A stretch of 63,384 nt of DNA, filler included, from Parasitella parasitica NRRL 2501 (Eukaryota > Fungi > Mucoromycota): the NCBI GenBank assembly GCA_025201805.1. It is 7 parts of 7 records of this genome, joined end to end, with 100 filler letters (N's around TTAATTAATTAA, not from the genome) between each part and the next. Parts side by side here need not be neighbours in the genome. Positions count along the whole stretch, not along the records: positions 14,122 to 36,288 come from MU619450.1; 6 more parts are not named here. One strand, 5' to 3'. Shown one piece after another: positions 14,022-26,744 of this stretch. Every line of letters starts with the position of its first letter. The stretch's first letter is position 1. The notes beneath the pieces were generated by a model. It had not been told where the DNA came from. It saw only the letters and a program-made list of their open reading frames with translations, and made no database searches. A program made the position numbers and the translations under genes.

Positions 14022-14208
14022 NNNNNNNNNNNNNNNNNNNNNNNNNNNNNNNNNNNNNNNNNNNNTTAATTAATTAANNNNNNNNNNNNNNNNNNNNNNN
14101 NNNNNNNNNNNNNNNNNNNNNATTCGTATCTGATACAATCATATAATATATTTGCAGTAAATCAGCAAGCGTAGTACTTGTAGGAATTGATATAGTGCAG
14201 ATGTAGCA

Positions 14209-15110
14209 GTGCGTATACATCATATACATCATTCCACACCATGTGTTGGCGCTCATCAACACGACACACGACTTTCTGGGCCTACTCAAACATCTCACCC
14301 AACGCCCTCCAACATCCGGGACAGATTAAATCAGCCGAATGATGATTTTGTTGACATGCCAGTCCTTATCAATGACATTGATAATCTAGTCCAGCCAAGT
14401 CTCCACCGCGATAATGATGAATTTTTACCTGAGGAAACCTCAGTTATCGATGAAGATGCGTCTGTACATGGCAGTAGCGTAATGGATGAACGAGAGGATG
14501 TTAATTCACCTGTGTTTGACCACATCCTAGACGGATACGCTTATATGTCGTCTGACAGTGATATCAACATTATGGATCAAGCACCTGAAGATTTTACCTC
14601 ATTGCTTGCAATGTCTTCAGCAACATCAGAGAATCCTAACAATTTTATAAATGAACAGATCATTGTCGATTCTGACAGCCCTAATGTTGAACCTGTTGTA
14701 TCCGAATCTGAAGCCGAGGAGATCCTACTCGAGGCAAGGACCAATGTCGATCAAACTGATGCTAATGTCAATGTCCAAGTCGTCACTCCACCACCTCCAG
14801 AAATTGATTCCTTGCCTCACACCTCACCATCTACTAACAATGATGTTGTGAATGCTCAGACTGCTGCTGTTCCATCTCAAGTTTTTCCATCAAGTGTTTT
14901 TTCTTTCACCCCTCCAACTCCAGTACCACTTCCTCGAGTTCCTTCTATCCCGTCGAGACTCAAATCAGTTGATTTTTCATCTACATTACGCGCCATACTA
15001 CCTCCTCCTCCAACTTTACAAGCTGAGTCGCCTACTTCATCATCATCTGCTGCTGCTGTCGTTACGCCTAGAGATGTTCAGGGTCGAACATTTAGCTCGA
15101 AGGGGGGTGA
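14209..15110 (+). mobile_element. 3' internal region of an LTR retrotransposon (acidic/Pro-Ser-rich ORF tail ending at the polypurine tract)
   Basis: Open frame 14209-15273 without ATG start, low-complexity. It passes through the purine tract GAAGGGGGG(TGA) at ~15099-15110, immediately before TGTCAG. Confidence 0.6.
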
Positions 15111-15434
15111 TGTCAGTGTAGATATAGAGCCAGAGAGCGATTATGAACTGCAGGATATCATAGAGTCAATAAAGTCAAACCGAAATAAGAAACGTAAGTT
15201 TAAACCCACGATACCGAAAGCCAAGAGAAACATTAGACAAAGGTTACACGCTATATTACACAAACTTATCTAGTTTATATTCTTCCCACTAGTAAAAGAT
15301 AATAAAGACCTTTTTTTCATCTCGCCACAACTAAAACTATAATATTATCTATCGTATTACATCTTAAAACCTACTATTTCTATCCAAGCATATCACATCT
15401 TTCAGATACTGAATGTACATATTCGTATCTGACA
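15111..15434 (+). mobile_element. LTR (324 bp), TGTCAG...CTGACA
   Basis: Follows the PPT; perfect 6-bp terminal inverted repeat with TG..CA ends; internal AATAAA at 15301. The last 12-14 bp are echoed at 14122-14135 (attcgtatctga). Confidence 0.7.
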
Positions 15435-15445
15435 AATTACTACAG

Positions 15446-15517
15446 AGCATCTTGGCGCAGTGGCAGCGCGTTGGGCTCATAACCCAAAGGTCGCCTGATC
15501 GAAACGGGCAGATGCTA
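15446..15517 (+). tRNA. Initiator tRNA-Met (CAT)
   Basis: 72 nt. Acceptor stem AGCATCT/AGATGCT with A1:U72, A-box TGGCGCAGTGG, anticodon arm TTGGG-CTCATAA-CCCAA with three G:C pairs, T-loop GATCGAAA (A54/A60 of eukaryotic iMet), followed by a TTTT terminator. Confidence 0.97.
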
Positions 15518-16805
15518 CTTTTACTCAAATTTCAAGATACTAGTGTGTGTAGTCATGTTTATCTATTTTCAATTAAATCATTTCAGAAATATTGCGCAAG
15601 TGTTATTATATTTTGAATTATTGGTAGAGTATTTATTATTTTTTAATTTTTAAGACAGCTAGTAAGCATGAAGGTTTTTTATAATTGCCTATCTTTAAAG
15701 TATAATAATTAAAGATAAACACGATGATATGTAATGATGTATACATACTGCTATATTTTCAATATATCATTTGCTACAAGTACTACGCTTCTCCTGGTTT
15801 ACTGCGAATATATTATATGATTGTATCAAATACAAAAATTATTAATATTGATTATTATACGTGTATATCATTTCCCGTATAGTTCTATTTAGTCAATTGT
15901 ATTCTGCAATCAATTTTTCAACTTTGCATGTCTCTTCAATGGTATGTTATGAGCCATATTGTGATATTTCGCAGCAAAATCACTCAAAATTACAGCTTAT
16001 TGCTGAGTACTCTGGATAAAAACATCGCACTTACACGAAACTGTACAGAGGAGTAGGGGCAAGTACTGCATAGAAGTTTGGTGGTATATGGACTTGACAT
16101 ATGGTATGACACTTAATGTACTTTGCTATACTTTGCTACACTCAAAATCACAGCTTTTTACTGAGTACTCTGGATAGAGCCTAATACTTCACACAACTTT
16201 GTCCGTGGCAAAAGTTTTAGATAATCGAAGGTTAAAAATTTGATAGAAATTGAAATTTGCAATTGTTCATATAGCAGATATAGCAGCGTGTAACTTATAC
16301 AGCAATATTAGGAATAACTGAAAATTTTTGAGAATATAATCTGGGCTTTCCAAAATCAAAACCGATTAAAGAGGTTCATTGACAATAGTATATCTGCCCT
16401 AATTTTTTATAACGGCTATACGATATCCTTTAAAAGAATTTGATAAGACTATACAGTGCAGTCTTTTAAAAGGAGGTCAGTAACATTTTATCAAAAGTTT
16501 TTATTTAGTGGAGTAGAACTATAATGTCTCAATGTCCATCAAACACGCGCTTTCTAAGAAATTATATAATATGTTAAAGAACTCAACTCTCTGATTTTAT
16601 ATATGCCAACGTGTATCCGGAGGGAATAAACTGAAAACATAAAACAGAATCACTTGTGGAAAAACTTCTTCAAAACATAAGTATCACGAACTCTACATAT
16701 TTGTGTATTGCAAGAAACTTTCTTATTTTCCTAATTATTATTAATTATTTTTTATTATTTGGTATGAGTAAAGTTTCTAAGTTATAGTTTTTTAGACAGC
16801 CTTGT

Positions 16806-18085
16806 TCAAAAGGCAGAGACAAACACAAGTTCTTGATAACATCTTCCAGAACAGTCAAACGTCTCATCGCCAACAGTGATTTTAGCAGTAGCATCATCTA
16901 TCCATTGGTAAATATAAGGCTTGACAACGAAGGTTTGGACAAGCTTTCTGATGAACCATGGAATTTCAGATAAAATATCAATCTTATCAATCAGCTTTTC
17001 AAGCTTAACAATCATGACAACTGAAACATCCTTGACCTGATCATCTTTATCTTTCTTAATAGTTTTACCTTTCCATGTTAATTTGACACGTTGAGGAATA
17101 TTATATCCAGTGTCATCATCCTTTTTAAGGTCCATTAGTTCCACATTGTTTTCAACGCAAACACTAATCAGTTTATCATGGAGAACGATAGAGCCCTGAT
17201 TTACTTCGATGCCACCATATTGTTTAGTTGTAGTAAATTGCATTATAGATAAAGCAGCATCTTCAGATTGAAAATCGACAAAATTCCATTTAGAAGCAAT
17301 CAGCTGGGGCTGCATACCTTGGATAGCATGGATAAACATGCCATGTGCATCCACTTCATGGAATTGCTTTTCAATAATGAATGTACCTTTGGCGGTGCAA
17401 CGGGGCCAGAATTTATGTGATACAATACCAGCAGCAGATGCTTGATCCTTTCCACCCAAGTAAGTTCTGCCGTCGCCTACTTTAAAGCCATTGTCTATAC
17501 GAACGTAATCCAGATCAACAACCAAGTCCGGATGGGTTATGGAAATTTTGAATTTAGACATAGTAGGATCCAGCGTGATATTAAAAAATTCGGTTTTCAC
17601 AGAGCGGCGATCTCCTGAGAGTGTGAATTGAGAAGACTGATTAAAATTTTTGAACTTGTTGGTATTCGAGGTAGGATCATAGAAACGACAAGTAAATGAT
17701 ACAGTAGGCTTAAGGAGACTATGAAAGCTATGAGTGAAATGTATACCTTTAATATTTTGGCAAATGAACTTACCCAATGGCAGAGTAAATTAACTGAACA
17801 AAGATAAACCCACCAGTTTTGGTTGTCATGTAGAAGATCTGGTTCTCTGTAGCTGAACCGGAAGCAAGAGCCCATTCGTAATCCTTTCCAACCAGTTCGC
17901 CGTAGTATTGACCGTCTTTCGCAGTGTCACCTGGAGTTGTAACAGATCCTTCTTTAGTGAGGCCAGCAACATTTGATACAGTGCTGGAAATTTGAGAAAC
18001 TATAAAATGAAAGAGGGAGTAGATAAGTGAATCGTGCCATTAATTTATATCTTTTTAATAATATGAAATTACACCAAGATGCCAT
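16806..18085 (-). CDS. SVF1: Survival factor 1 (Svf1-family, oxidative stress/ceramide-binding protein), 3 exons
   Basis: Spliced MASWFSQISSTVSNVAG..YEWALASGSATENQIFY..FIFVQLIYS, then HKFWPR..GMFIHAIQGMQPQLIASKWNFVDFQS..MQFTTTKQYG..DKIDILSEIP..KPYIYQW; these are Svf1 motifs. Confidence 0.88.
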
Positions 18086-18573
18086 TATTTTATGATTTTG
18101 TGTAATGAAAGAAAAAAAAAAGTGTAAAGCAAAAGAGAGAAACAAAGAAAGAAACCAGGTAGGTTTTTAATCCCAAAAAAGAAAGGCCTGATCATTCATG
18201 CCGCCTTTCATTGGAGGAAAGGAATATGCCCGAGCAAAGTAGACTGCACGTGATAGAAGTTTAAAAGAAGGAAAGAGTTTCTGGCAAAGAGATAACATCT
18301 CAGAGAGAAAAAAAGAAACCCAAACATTGCACGGTATAAATCTTTAGATCAGGACATAGAAATTATCGAAACAAAAAAAAAATACATATTAAATTGTGGA
18401 TCAAAGATTTCGTTGCCATAGTAATAACCTCTTTGGATTTCGGTATCTGGTTCCTGCTGCCCATTCGCAATCATAAATCAAAGAGTGGCTTGGATCAAAG
18501 GAAAAAAGCTTTAAAGCATATGCTAACAGATGAAAATAATTTTTTATTCTAATCACTTTCAACACCAAACTTT

Positions 18574-20152
18574 ATGCCAGCATTTTTAATTCAGTTTGCT
18601 CAGGTAATCATAAATATAGATAACTGGATATGGTCAGGTCATTAAGTACATTTATAGTTTCACGATGAGTTTAGACTTCCCGAGTTTTTATCGCTTGCGA
18701 AGTTGGAAAAAGTCAATATCAATTACAACAATGAAGATTACAGATCAGATGTAATGTAAAAGAAAATGTCAGTCTATTAATGCTTGCTGATCTTCCTTAT
18801 AGAACCCCTTTTTAAAAGTCGAATTAGATTCTACGGTAGATGCACAAAAACTCATTAAAAGAGCCATCTTGATCAAGTATGTAGGCTGTATGCTGGACCG
18901 TATTTATTGCTAACAATGAAAAAAGAAATATCTATGAGCTTTGGGGAGATGGAGACACATACGAAGAGCTGCACGAACAAGTGAAAAAGACGTCTGATAA
19001 ATGGAGTGAATACATGACATGCTCATTCAAATTTGTTGTATCAGCCTTTGGATCGACAATTTCGTACAAAGAGCAACTCGCCACCATCAATTCATTTTCC
19101 TATCTTGGGTTTCAAGGCTCTATTGATATGAAAAACCCTCAAGTGCAGTTTCATGTTTTAGCTGATTATGGATTTGACAACGGAACAAAAAGACTTGAAC
19201 CTCTTCATGTTTATATGGGCAAATTGATAGCTACGGGTAGTCGTGAATTGGTCAATTTATACAACTTGAAAAAGAGAAAGTATCTGGGCACAACTTCTAT
19301 GGATGCTGAATTATCACTAGTCATGGCAAATCAAGCGTTGGCTGCACCTGGAAAAATTGTATACGATCCGTTTGTTGGAACAGGCAGCTTTTTGTTCACA
19401 TGTGCTCATTTTGGTTCCTTCACACTGGGCTCAGATATTGATGGCAGACAAATTCGTGGAAGAGGAAAATCAGGAGTACAATCAAACATTGAGCAATACA
19501 ATTTACAAGGCCGCGTACTAGATGCTCTTGTTTTCGACATCTGCCATAACCCTTGGAGATCTCAGCAATGGTTGGATGCTATTGTCACTGATCCACCATA
19601 TGGTGTTCGCGCTGGTGCAAAGAAATTGGGCAGAAATGACGGCAAAGAACTTGAAATGCGCTCTTATGATGGTATTCCAATGCATACTCGCGACGACTAT
19701 TACCCACCTACAAAGCCTTACGAGATGTCTGAAGTGCTTGTTGATTTATTGAACTTTGCTGCTGAGAATTTAGTGCTGGGTGGGAGATTAGTTTACTGGC
19801 TACCTACAATTGCGGACGAATATTCAAATACTGATGTGCCTCAGCATCCTTGCATGACTTTAATCTCAAATAGCGAACAAAATTTTGGCCAATGGTCTCG
19901 TCGTTTGATCACTATGGAAAAAATGAGAGACTGGAACAAGGAGGAAAAAGCTTCCGTTGAGCAAACAGTTGTATCAGAGACTGACAAGGCTGAAATTATG
20001 GAAAAAGGTACCGAAGATCCCAAGAGACCAGGCCACTTTTTGTTTCGTGAAAAGGTAAACCACAACTATTAGTATGTAAATTTTACATAGCTTCCTTACT
20101 AATACTACTTATGCCACACTAGTATTTTCACATTGTTAGAAGAAAAATATAG
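18574..20152 (+). CDS. TRM11: tRNA (guanine(10)-N2)-methyltransferase Trm11, multi-exon
   Basis: MPAFLIQFAQ/FHDEFRLPEF..; LKKRKYLGTTSMDAELSLVMANQ, YDPFVGTGS, GSDIDGR, DAIVTDPPYGVRAG, WSRRLIT, FREK/YF. Confidence 0.93.
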
Positions 20153-20186
20153 ACGACTTTGTAATGTAAAAAATTAAGATGTATTT

Positions 20187-21265
20187 TTATCTCTCAATAA
20201 CCTCTTTCAAACAAGAAACATATTAGTTCATGCTTAATAAAAAAAAATATGAGATATAGACACTACCTCCTAAATCTTCAAAATCCATAGTTTCTTGGCC
20301 AATATCTTCTAGATCACTAAAATTGTTGATTTCGTGTTCTTTTTGTATGGTGTTAATTTTATCCACGACAGATTGATTCGCAAGATAGGTTTCTAAATGC
20401 ACTTTGTGTTGAACAGATGATTTCAATTTCAACGTGTTTTGCGCAAATTCTATTCTAGCTGACTTGAGTGTATCTGAGCTGCATTGGAGGTTATGTTGAT
20501 CATTGAATGTTTTCTGTTCCTTATTCTTCAATCCACTAGGAAAGCAGGTAGACCAAATGTACAGCATGTGATAGCATTCTTCAATCTGGTTGACCCAAAT
20601 GTGACATAGTTTATACAATCTACTGCATATACCCATATAAACAATCGCAAGTGATACAAAATGCTCCAGTTTCAACAGTGTTGAATTAGCTCTGTACGTT
20701 TCTATCAGAGCAATTTTTATCTTGAGATCGGATCAGTCCTCACATTAAATACATAAGACCTGGATATTATGTACTCACTTTATCCAGCAACAGTGCTGCT
20801 CCAATCAGCCGGTGCATAGTGTATTGGATAGATTCTTTACTAGGTATGAAGTTCCACCTTGTTGTGCACTTGTCCAAACTAAACAAACTCTACATATTTA
20901 ATACTGTATCTACATTTGATATAATATATCAACCTTTTAACGTCCCAAAATGAAATGTACAACCGCTGTAATTCTTTATCAATCTGCAGAGCCTTTAATC
21001 GCTTTAATAAACGTCGAAGCTCCATAGAACGTTTGAACCGATGAAAGGGTCGTTGTTGATTCATATTTTTATAATGAAGTCGGTCTAATACAGCAACTTC
21101 AATCCAAAAAGTTTTGCGATCTTGAAACAGCTCTACAAAGCTCTTCAGTGTCTTTAATTGGCTATCGTGGTTGATATCTATTTTCTTATTGATTCGTACA
21201 TTGGAAAGAACAGCGTTAGGTGGTAATGGAGGTTTAAGGATAGTATAATAAGGTGCTGTCGACAT
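20187..21265 (-). CDS. RNase MRP subunit Rmp1/NEPRO-like protein, multi-exon
   Basis: EVAVLDRLHYKNMNQQRPFHRFKRSMELRRLLKRL resembles the Rmp1/Nepro N-terminal signature. Later exon EHFVSLAIVYMGICSRL; spliced C-terminus EDLGEVIER*. Confidence 0.65.
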
Positions 21266-21968
21266 GTTTTCAATGTATACAAAAAAAAAAGAAAAAAAAA
21301 AGAAAGTGTCTGCGGAGACTTGCAAAAAATATCAACACAACCTGCACTGCCGCAAGATTCATAGAGTTGTACGAAGTAAATTTTTTTTTACAATACTTGT
21401 AATGGTATATCAATCCCAATTTGCATATCAACCTTCCAATCAGCTCAACAAACGCATACAGCAATAGAGGCGCGCCTCCAAGAACAAAAACACTAGAAAA
21501 TGCTTGAACATTTATGAAACAAATCAACACAAGTTTGATAAGAAAAATGTCAATTTGATCGAGATAATATTCTTAAAAGTGTTGATATATAGCGTAAAAA
21601 GCTAAATAAGGATGACGGTACCATTAAAGAAGGAATTTTCCAAGTTGCTATATTCTGTATTATCGACAAATTGAAAACGTCTACTGTGCACAATGACAAG
21701 GTTTAGATATTTCAGAAATCAATCAACAGGTTATATGCACGCAAATCAAATCAAGGCTTGACAAAAGGTGCACCAAATGTGTACAATATCAGAATTTACC
21801 CAATAAATGGTTAGTATAGAGTCATGCGTGATTTCATGTATTATCTAATTTGTATCAATGTATCAAGGACATTACAAGTCTGATTGATGATTTGTTTAAG
21901 ATCGCCTCCTTTGTTTATCTTTTCTCTTTTCTACATCTCAATTGTCCATTTCTTTCTATAATATAAGC

Positions 21969-22409
21969 ATGTCTACTAATAACACAGCGCCTGCTCAGAA
22001 TCAACAACAAGAAGTGAAATTGCCTCCAATCCAATTACCACCACCGCCTATTGTACATTTCTACATTGCACCTCCATCAGTGCCACCATCCTATCCACAG
22101 GCATTGCCCTTCACACCAAGCTCTAGCAAAGCAAATATGAAAGAAAACAGCAGAAGATTATCGCATAGTGCAGTAGAAAAGAAAAGAAGAGAGAAAATGA
22201 ATGATAAAATTGAGAGACTTAAGATATTGATCCCGTCATGTAAAGCTCAATTTCCTACATCTGTGCAACAACCAATCCACAAACTAAGCGTTCTTCAAGC
22301 AGCAATTGATTATATACATGAGCTGCATAACCTACTGGAAACTAACCTACCACAAGATGATCCCATTTTAAAGAATCTCTCTGTAGTTACCATGAAGAGA
22401 ACGAAATAA
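21969..22409 (+). CDS. Small bHLH transcription factor
   Basis: RRLSHSAVEKKRREKMNDKIERLKILIP..KLSVLQAAIDYIHELH is a canonical group-B bHLH; Pro-rich N-terminus; single exon. Confidence 0.9.
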   Translation: MSTNNTAPAQNQQQEVKLPPIQLPPPPIVHFYIAPPSVPPSYPQALPFTPSSSKANMKENSRRLSHSAVEKKRREKMNDKIERLKILIPSCKAQFPTSVQQPIHKLSVLQAAIDYIHELHNLLETNLPQDDPILKNLSVVTMKRTK

Positions 22410-22537
22410 ATGTGTCCTATTTAAACATATTGCCCCGGTTCCAAAGTCAGCATCGTGTGTTTTGAATATTTACTGCTTCACAGTTGATAATTCTTTATTC
22501 GTCTCTCTTAGTTTCATCTATTTATATATACACAGAC

Positions 22538-23937
22538 ATGAGTTCTTTTGCTGTACCTCATTCTTCATCATCTACTCGTCGATTATCGAAAAGAAAAAGG
22601 CAAATAGAAGCAGATGAGAATAATTCTGATGGTCCAGACGATCAGCCCACTTCTCGTGATGCTTCTGGTATGATATGAATGTATATGATATATACAGGGA
22701 TACAGGCCTATTTATACACATCAAATTTCAGATGAGGACAATACAGAATCTTTGCTACCACCACCCCCTACTTTGCACAGCTTATTAAAAGAGGAAATCA
22801 TGCCAACTGCGAAAAGACAACGCTATTCAGGTCCTTTCGTTTTATCCACAAGCGAAGAAGAGTCTGATGCAAATGCTGTAGTTGCTTTGCCCGAAGGAAT
22901 TGAGGAACAATATGGATTCAAGATCAATCCAGTAAGTCATCTCTTTCGTCATTTCCATGGGAACCAACATTTTATGTAACTGATATAATGATTAGCCTCC
23001 CATTGGCAGACCGGTTCGAATCTATTGCGATGGTAAGCTATATAAAGAGCAGCAAACATTATAACAGTAATTTCTAAATGCATGGAATACTAGGCATTTA
23101 CGATTTGTTTCATTTTGGTCACGCAAAGGCTTTAGAACAAGCTAAAAAAGCCTTTCCAAATGTTTACCTGTTGGTTGGAGGTATGTATTTTTTTTTGTCC
23201 ATTGCACCTTTCCTGAAATCAACATTACACTTGCTCAATTCCAAAAAGTTTGTAATGATACAGAAACTCATAAACGCAAGGGTAAAACCGTCATGACAGA
23301 TTTGGAGAGGTATGAAGCAGTTCGACATTGTAAATGGGTTGATGAAGTCGTTCCAGATGCTCCTTGGTTTGTTGATCAAGAATTCCTCGATAGTCATCAA
23401 ATTGATTATGTGGCTCATGATGCTGAGCCATATCAAAGTAAAGAATCAGGCGATGTATATGCATTTGTTAAAGACCAGGGCCGCTTCTTTCCAACAGAGC
23501 GCACAGACGGCATTTCCACATCAGACCTCATTACTCGCATTGTTCGTGATTATGACGCTTATTTGCGTAGAAATTTAGAAAGAGGTGTTACAGCTAAAGA
23601 GCTGAATATCTCGTTCCTGAAAGAAAGAAAGATCAAGACCAAGAAATCCATTCAGGATCTGAGAAAGACCATCAAGACAGCTATTAATGATACCATGTTG
23701 TTGTGGGAGGACAAAAGCCACGAGTTTATTCGTGGATTCAGTGGTGTTTTTGGTGCTGAAGATGTCGTGGATAAACTTTGGAAATACCGTAACCGTAATA
23801 GATTAATGTCTGATAATAGCGTAGAAAGCAGCCGTGCTAGCAGCAGAATACAGTCAGAGGAAGAAGACGAAGACGACAATGAAACTGAGTCTAGGACGAA
23901 TGATTTGCCTACTTCTACTTTGGCCTCTGCTAAATAA
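22538..23937 (+). CDS. PCT1: Choline-phosphate cytidylyltransferase, multi-exon
   Basis: [37 protein letters not shown] (HxGH), [56 protein letters not shown]. Confidence 0.93.
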
Positions 23938-24104
23938 ACAGCTGTTTTGTTTCAACTTAATATTTATAAAGATTCTATGCTAAAAAATTAACCTACTGAT
24001 GTATATACATGATAGAACTCTTGCTTTTTATATGCACATAGTCCCAATGACACATCTAACCAAATTTGAATGCGTCAAAATACGAAAGGAAAGGGTATAT
24101 TTAT

Positions 24105-25369
24105 TTAAAAAACATGGCTACGGCACACAAGAACAACAATAAATGAAATCAAACCTGCAATTAAAGCATCCAACCATATAGGAGATCCCACGTTTCGAGA
24201 AGTAGCACTATTAGAGGCGTTCGAGGATACGGTGTTGGCAGTGTCATTGATAGGCAGGATTCGAGCCTGAACTATCTGGGGACTTTCAGCTGCAGCAACA
24301 AGAGTTTCTGAATCTGCAATTCGAGATTTTTCGTCGGGCGCCACATAAGTAGTAGTTGCTGATGGTTGAGCATCGTTGTGAGATGTGCTCTTACTGGATT
24401 CAGCAACAATTATTGCATTATCTGGCTCCCTTTTCTCTTCATTGTCAGGCTTATAAGTTATCTTGAATTCTGGCAAATATTCCTTTCTACTTGGCAAGTC
24501 TGGAAGTGTATCGCTCAATGCATCTTTTGTGTTTATGTTGCAAACAGGGCAAATCCATCCAACAGATCTGACTGAACTTTAGTTTCTTTCTACGTCCACA
24601 AGTTTATTCATGCTTACTTTTTGGCTAATCGATGTCGCTCGTCTTTTGTATAATCCAATCCACCTATTGCTCCTCTTGCTTCGGTCGGAAAGAACCCTAT
24701 CACTGCCAATAACACAGTACGAACTATAATATCAGATTGTCGATATTAGTCGTTTTTTGTTGTTTGTTGCTTCCCAATAATGTAGTCCGACTTACTGCCC
24801 CAAGCTGGCTGCCAAAACTCTGGATGAAATCCTGTAATACTAAGGCATATCTTTGTATTCAATTCAAATCTACCATTTGGCTATAAATATAGATGAATAT
24901 TTGTCAAAATCAATTGATTTATAGCAAAAACAAAATACCGTTAAGAAAACTAATTCAGGAGGTTTGAAAGGGTATTCATTTGGCAAAATGATACGACCGT
25001 GATATCTAAACATTGGTGTCGGTTTCAAGTTGGTTGTATTGCGGATTGTTCACTAACCTTCCCTCCTCAAAATCTGTATCTTGGGGTCCACGTACTGTAA
25101 AATGCCATTCAAAAATATTATCCTTTATCCAAAAAATCAGTACCGAAATGTAAATATCTTATCAATTATTTTTGCTACCAACCTCTAATGGATGAGCACT
25201 GTATTCATAAGTGCTTTCATTAGCCAACTCTTTCGCCTCTTGCATGATTCGTTTTACGCCTAAATATCTTTGCATGTGAATAGAGTACAGTATATGTCTG
25301 CATTTAATTTTAAAGTAGTGTAGATTAGTTACCTGGATTCTTTAAATTATACTTCATTGTTGCACTCAT
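24105..25369 (-). CDS. UBC6: ER-anchored ubiquitin-conjugating enzyme E2 J1/Ubc6, multi-exon
   Basis: Exons read MKYNLKNP/GVKRIMQEAKEL..AHPLE/DNIFEWHFTVRGP..YHGRIILPNEYPFKPP/PNGRFELNTKICLSITGFHPEFWQPAWG; C-terminal TM helix IWLDALIAGLISFIVVLVC. Confidence 0.88.
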
Positions 25370-26744
25370 AGTATATCTTCTAGAGTGAATATTTTTCAGA
25401 AGAAAGCACATTTTATGTTGCTTGGCAATGTCTTGTTGTTCACACCGTTCGTGACTCGTCGTGCGCCCCTGAATGTAGCTGTGTTCATTGGCAGTAATAT
25501 GTTGCTTGAAAGGCATAAGTATTGCTTGAAGGCAGCATTTTGCTTTTTAAATCTCGAGATAATGTATATTTATATAGCGGCTAAGAATTTGCGGATTGTT
25601 ACATTGTTGTCATGTTGCTTTTTGGTTGATTATAGGGTCTCTGAATGAGTCTGCACACGTCGCATAGCTATTCATCGTACTAATTAGGGCCATTCTACCT
25701 AGAAGCAAACTCTAATACAATCACTGCAACTTGGATAAACAGCAAATTTATTAAAATACGGTTGCTCACCCGTAACTATTGTTTCTGGAGTATTTCTTCG
25801 GCTTTAAAGATAAAATTTGTATCGAACGACTTTGATTTTGAGCTCTTTACTAAAACTTTTCCAAGAGCGTAAGCATAAAGTCCAACGAATTTTTAGTGAA
25901 AAATATTTCTACTCAAAAAACTTCTCGATGCATCGTGGATATGGTTTTCTGCCTCATCTTTCTCTTGTGTTGTAATGATAACTCGTAGTTTAGCGAGATT
26001 AAACAACCAAGCAAAAAATTAGTTTCTTCTTGGTTAATCCTTGTTGCTATTAGAAAGAAAACCTTGTAAAATCTGCTTCAAATCTACATTTTTCCAACAA
26101 ATCTTTTTACCATTATGACAGGGTAGTTGTCTTGACGCAAATCTGTAACTGAAAAGTTGCTGCGGCTGGCTAACGTATTTCAATGATATTAATGGCATAT
26201 TTAACGGAAGCATTTTCTACAGTTCGTAGAGCTGACTGTGTTAAGGTAGGGAATGTCAGGTCACCGAAACTAGTATCTCCTTAAAGGTCAGTACCATTAT
26301 ACAATTTATCGCTATCAGCTCCACTTCCAAGACCTTGTTTCGTAGGAGTGTCGAGAACATCCAAGGGGATTTTTTGGACAGGCAACTTTTGAATATTTGT
26401 AGGGTTAGGAGTGAGTGCTTTCACAAACTTGGGTTCGGGGCGTACAGCAACAGTGATCCTTTTTACCGTTTCATGAAACACAAAAGATCTGCAATCCAGA
26501 AATGTGCAAATCTCCTTACTCTATAATCAAACCCCTATTGATGCTTCTAATTATTGATTGATGACCAATATCAACATTTGTAGCTACTGTGAATTATTTT
26601 ATTAATTAATTAATAAATAAATTCTATCCGTTGAAATAGCGTCTTATAAATATATAATAAAACGGCCTTTTTTTTATTTTGTTTTTATTGGATTAGAATT
26701 CTAATTTATAGAGTAATGTGTTTTTATTAATTTTAAATTTGTTT

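Noticed and set aside
15446-15517. tRNA-iMet sequence as the retrotransposon primer-binding site
   Set aside because: It is a complete sense-strand tRNA gene with a terminator, downstream of the 3' LTR, not an antisense match to the tRNA 3' end.
15981-16177. ~38-bp direct repeat (cactcaaaat.acagctt.tt.ctgagtactctggata) at 15981 and 16139
   Set aside because: Only two copies in TE-rich DNA; no assignable function.
25741-26520. Possible decayed coding sequence between UBC6 and chitin synthase
   Set aside because: All frames are interrupted and no recognisable motif was found.
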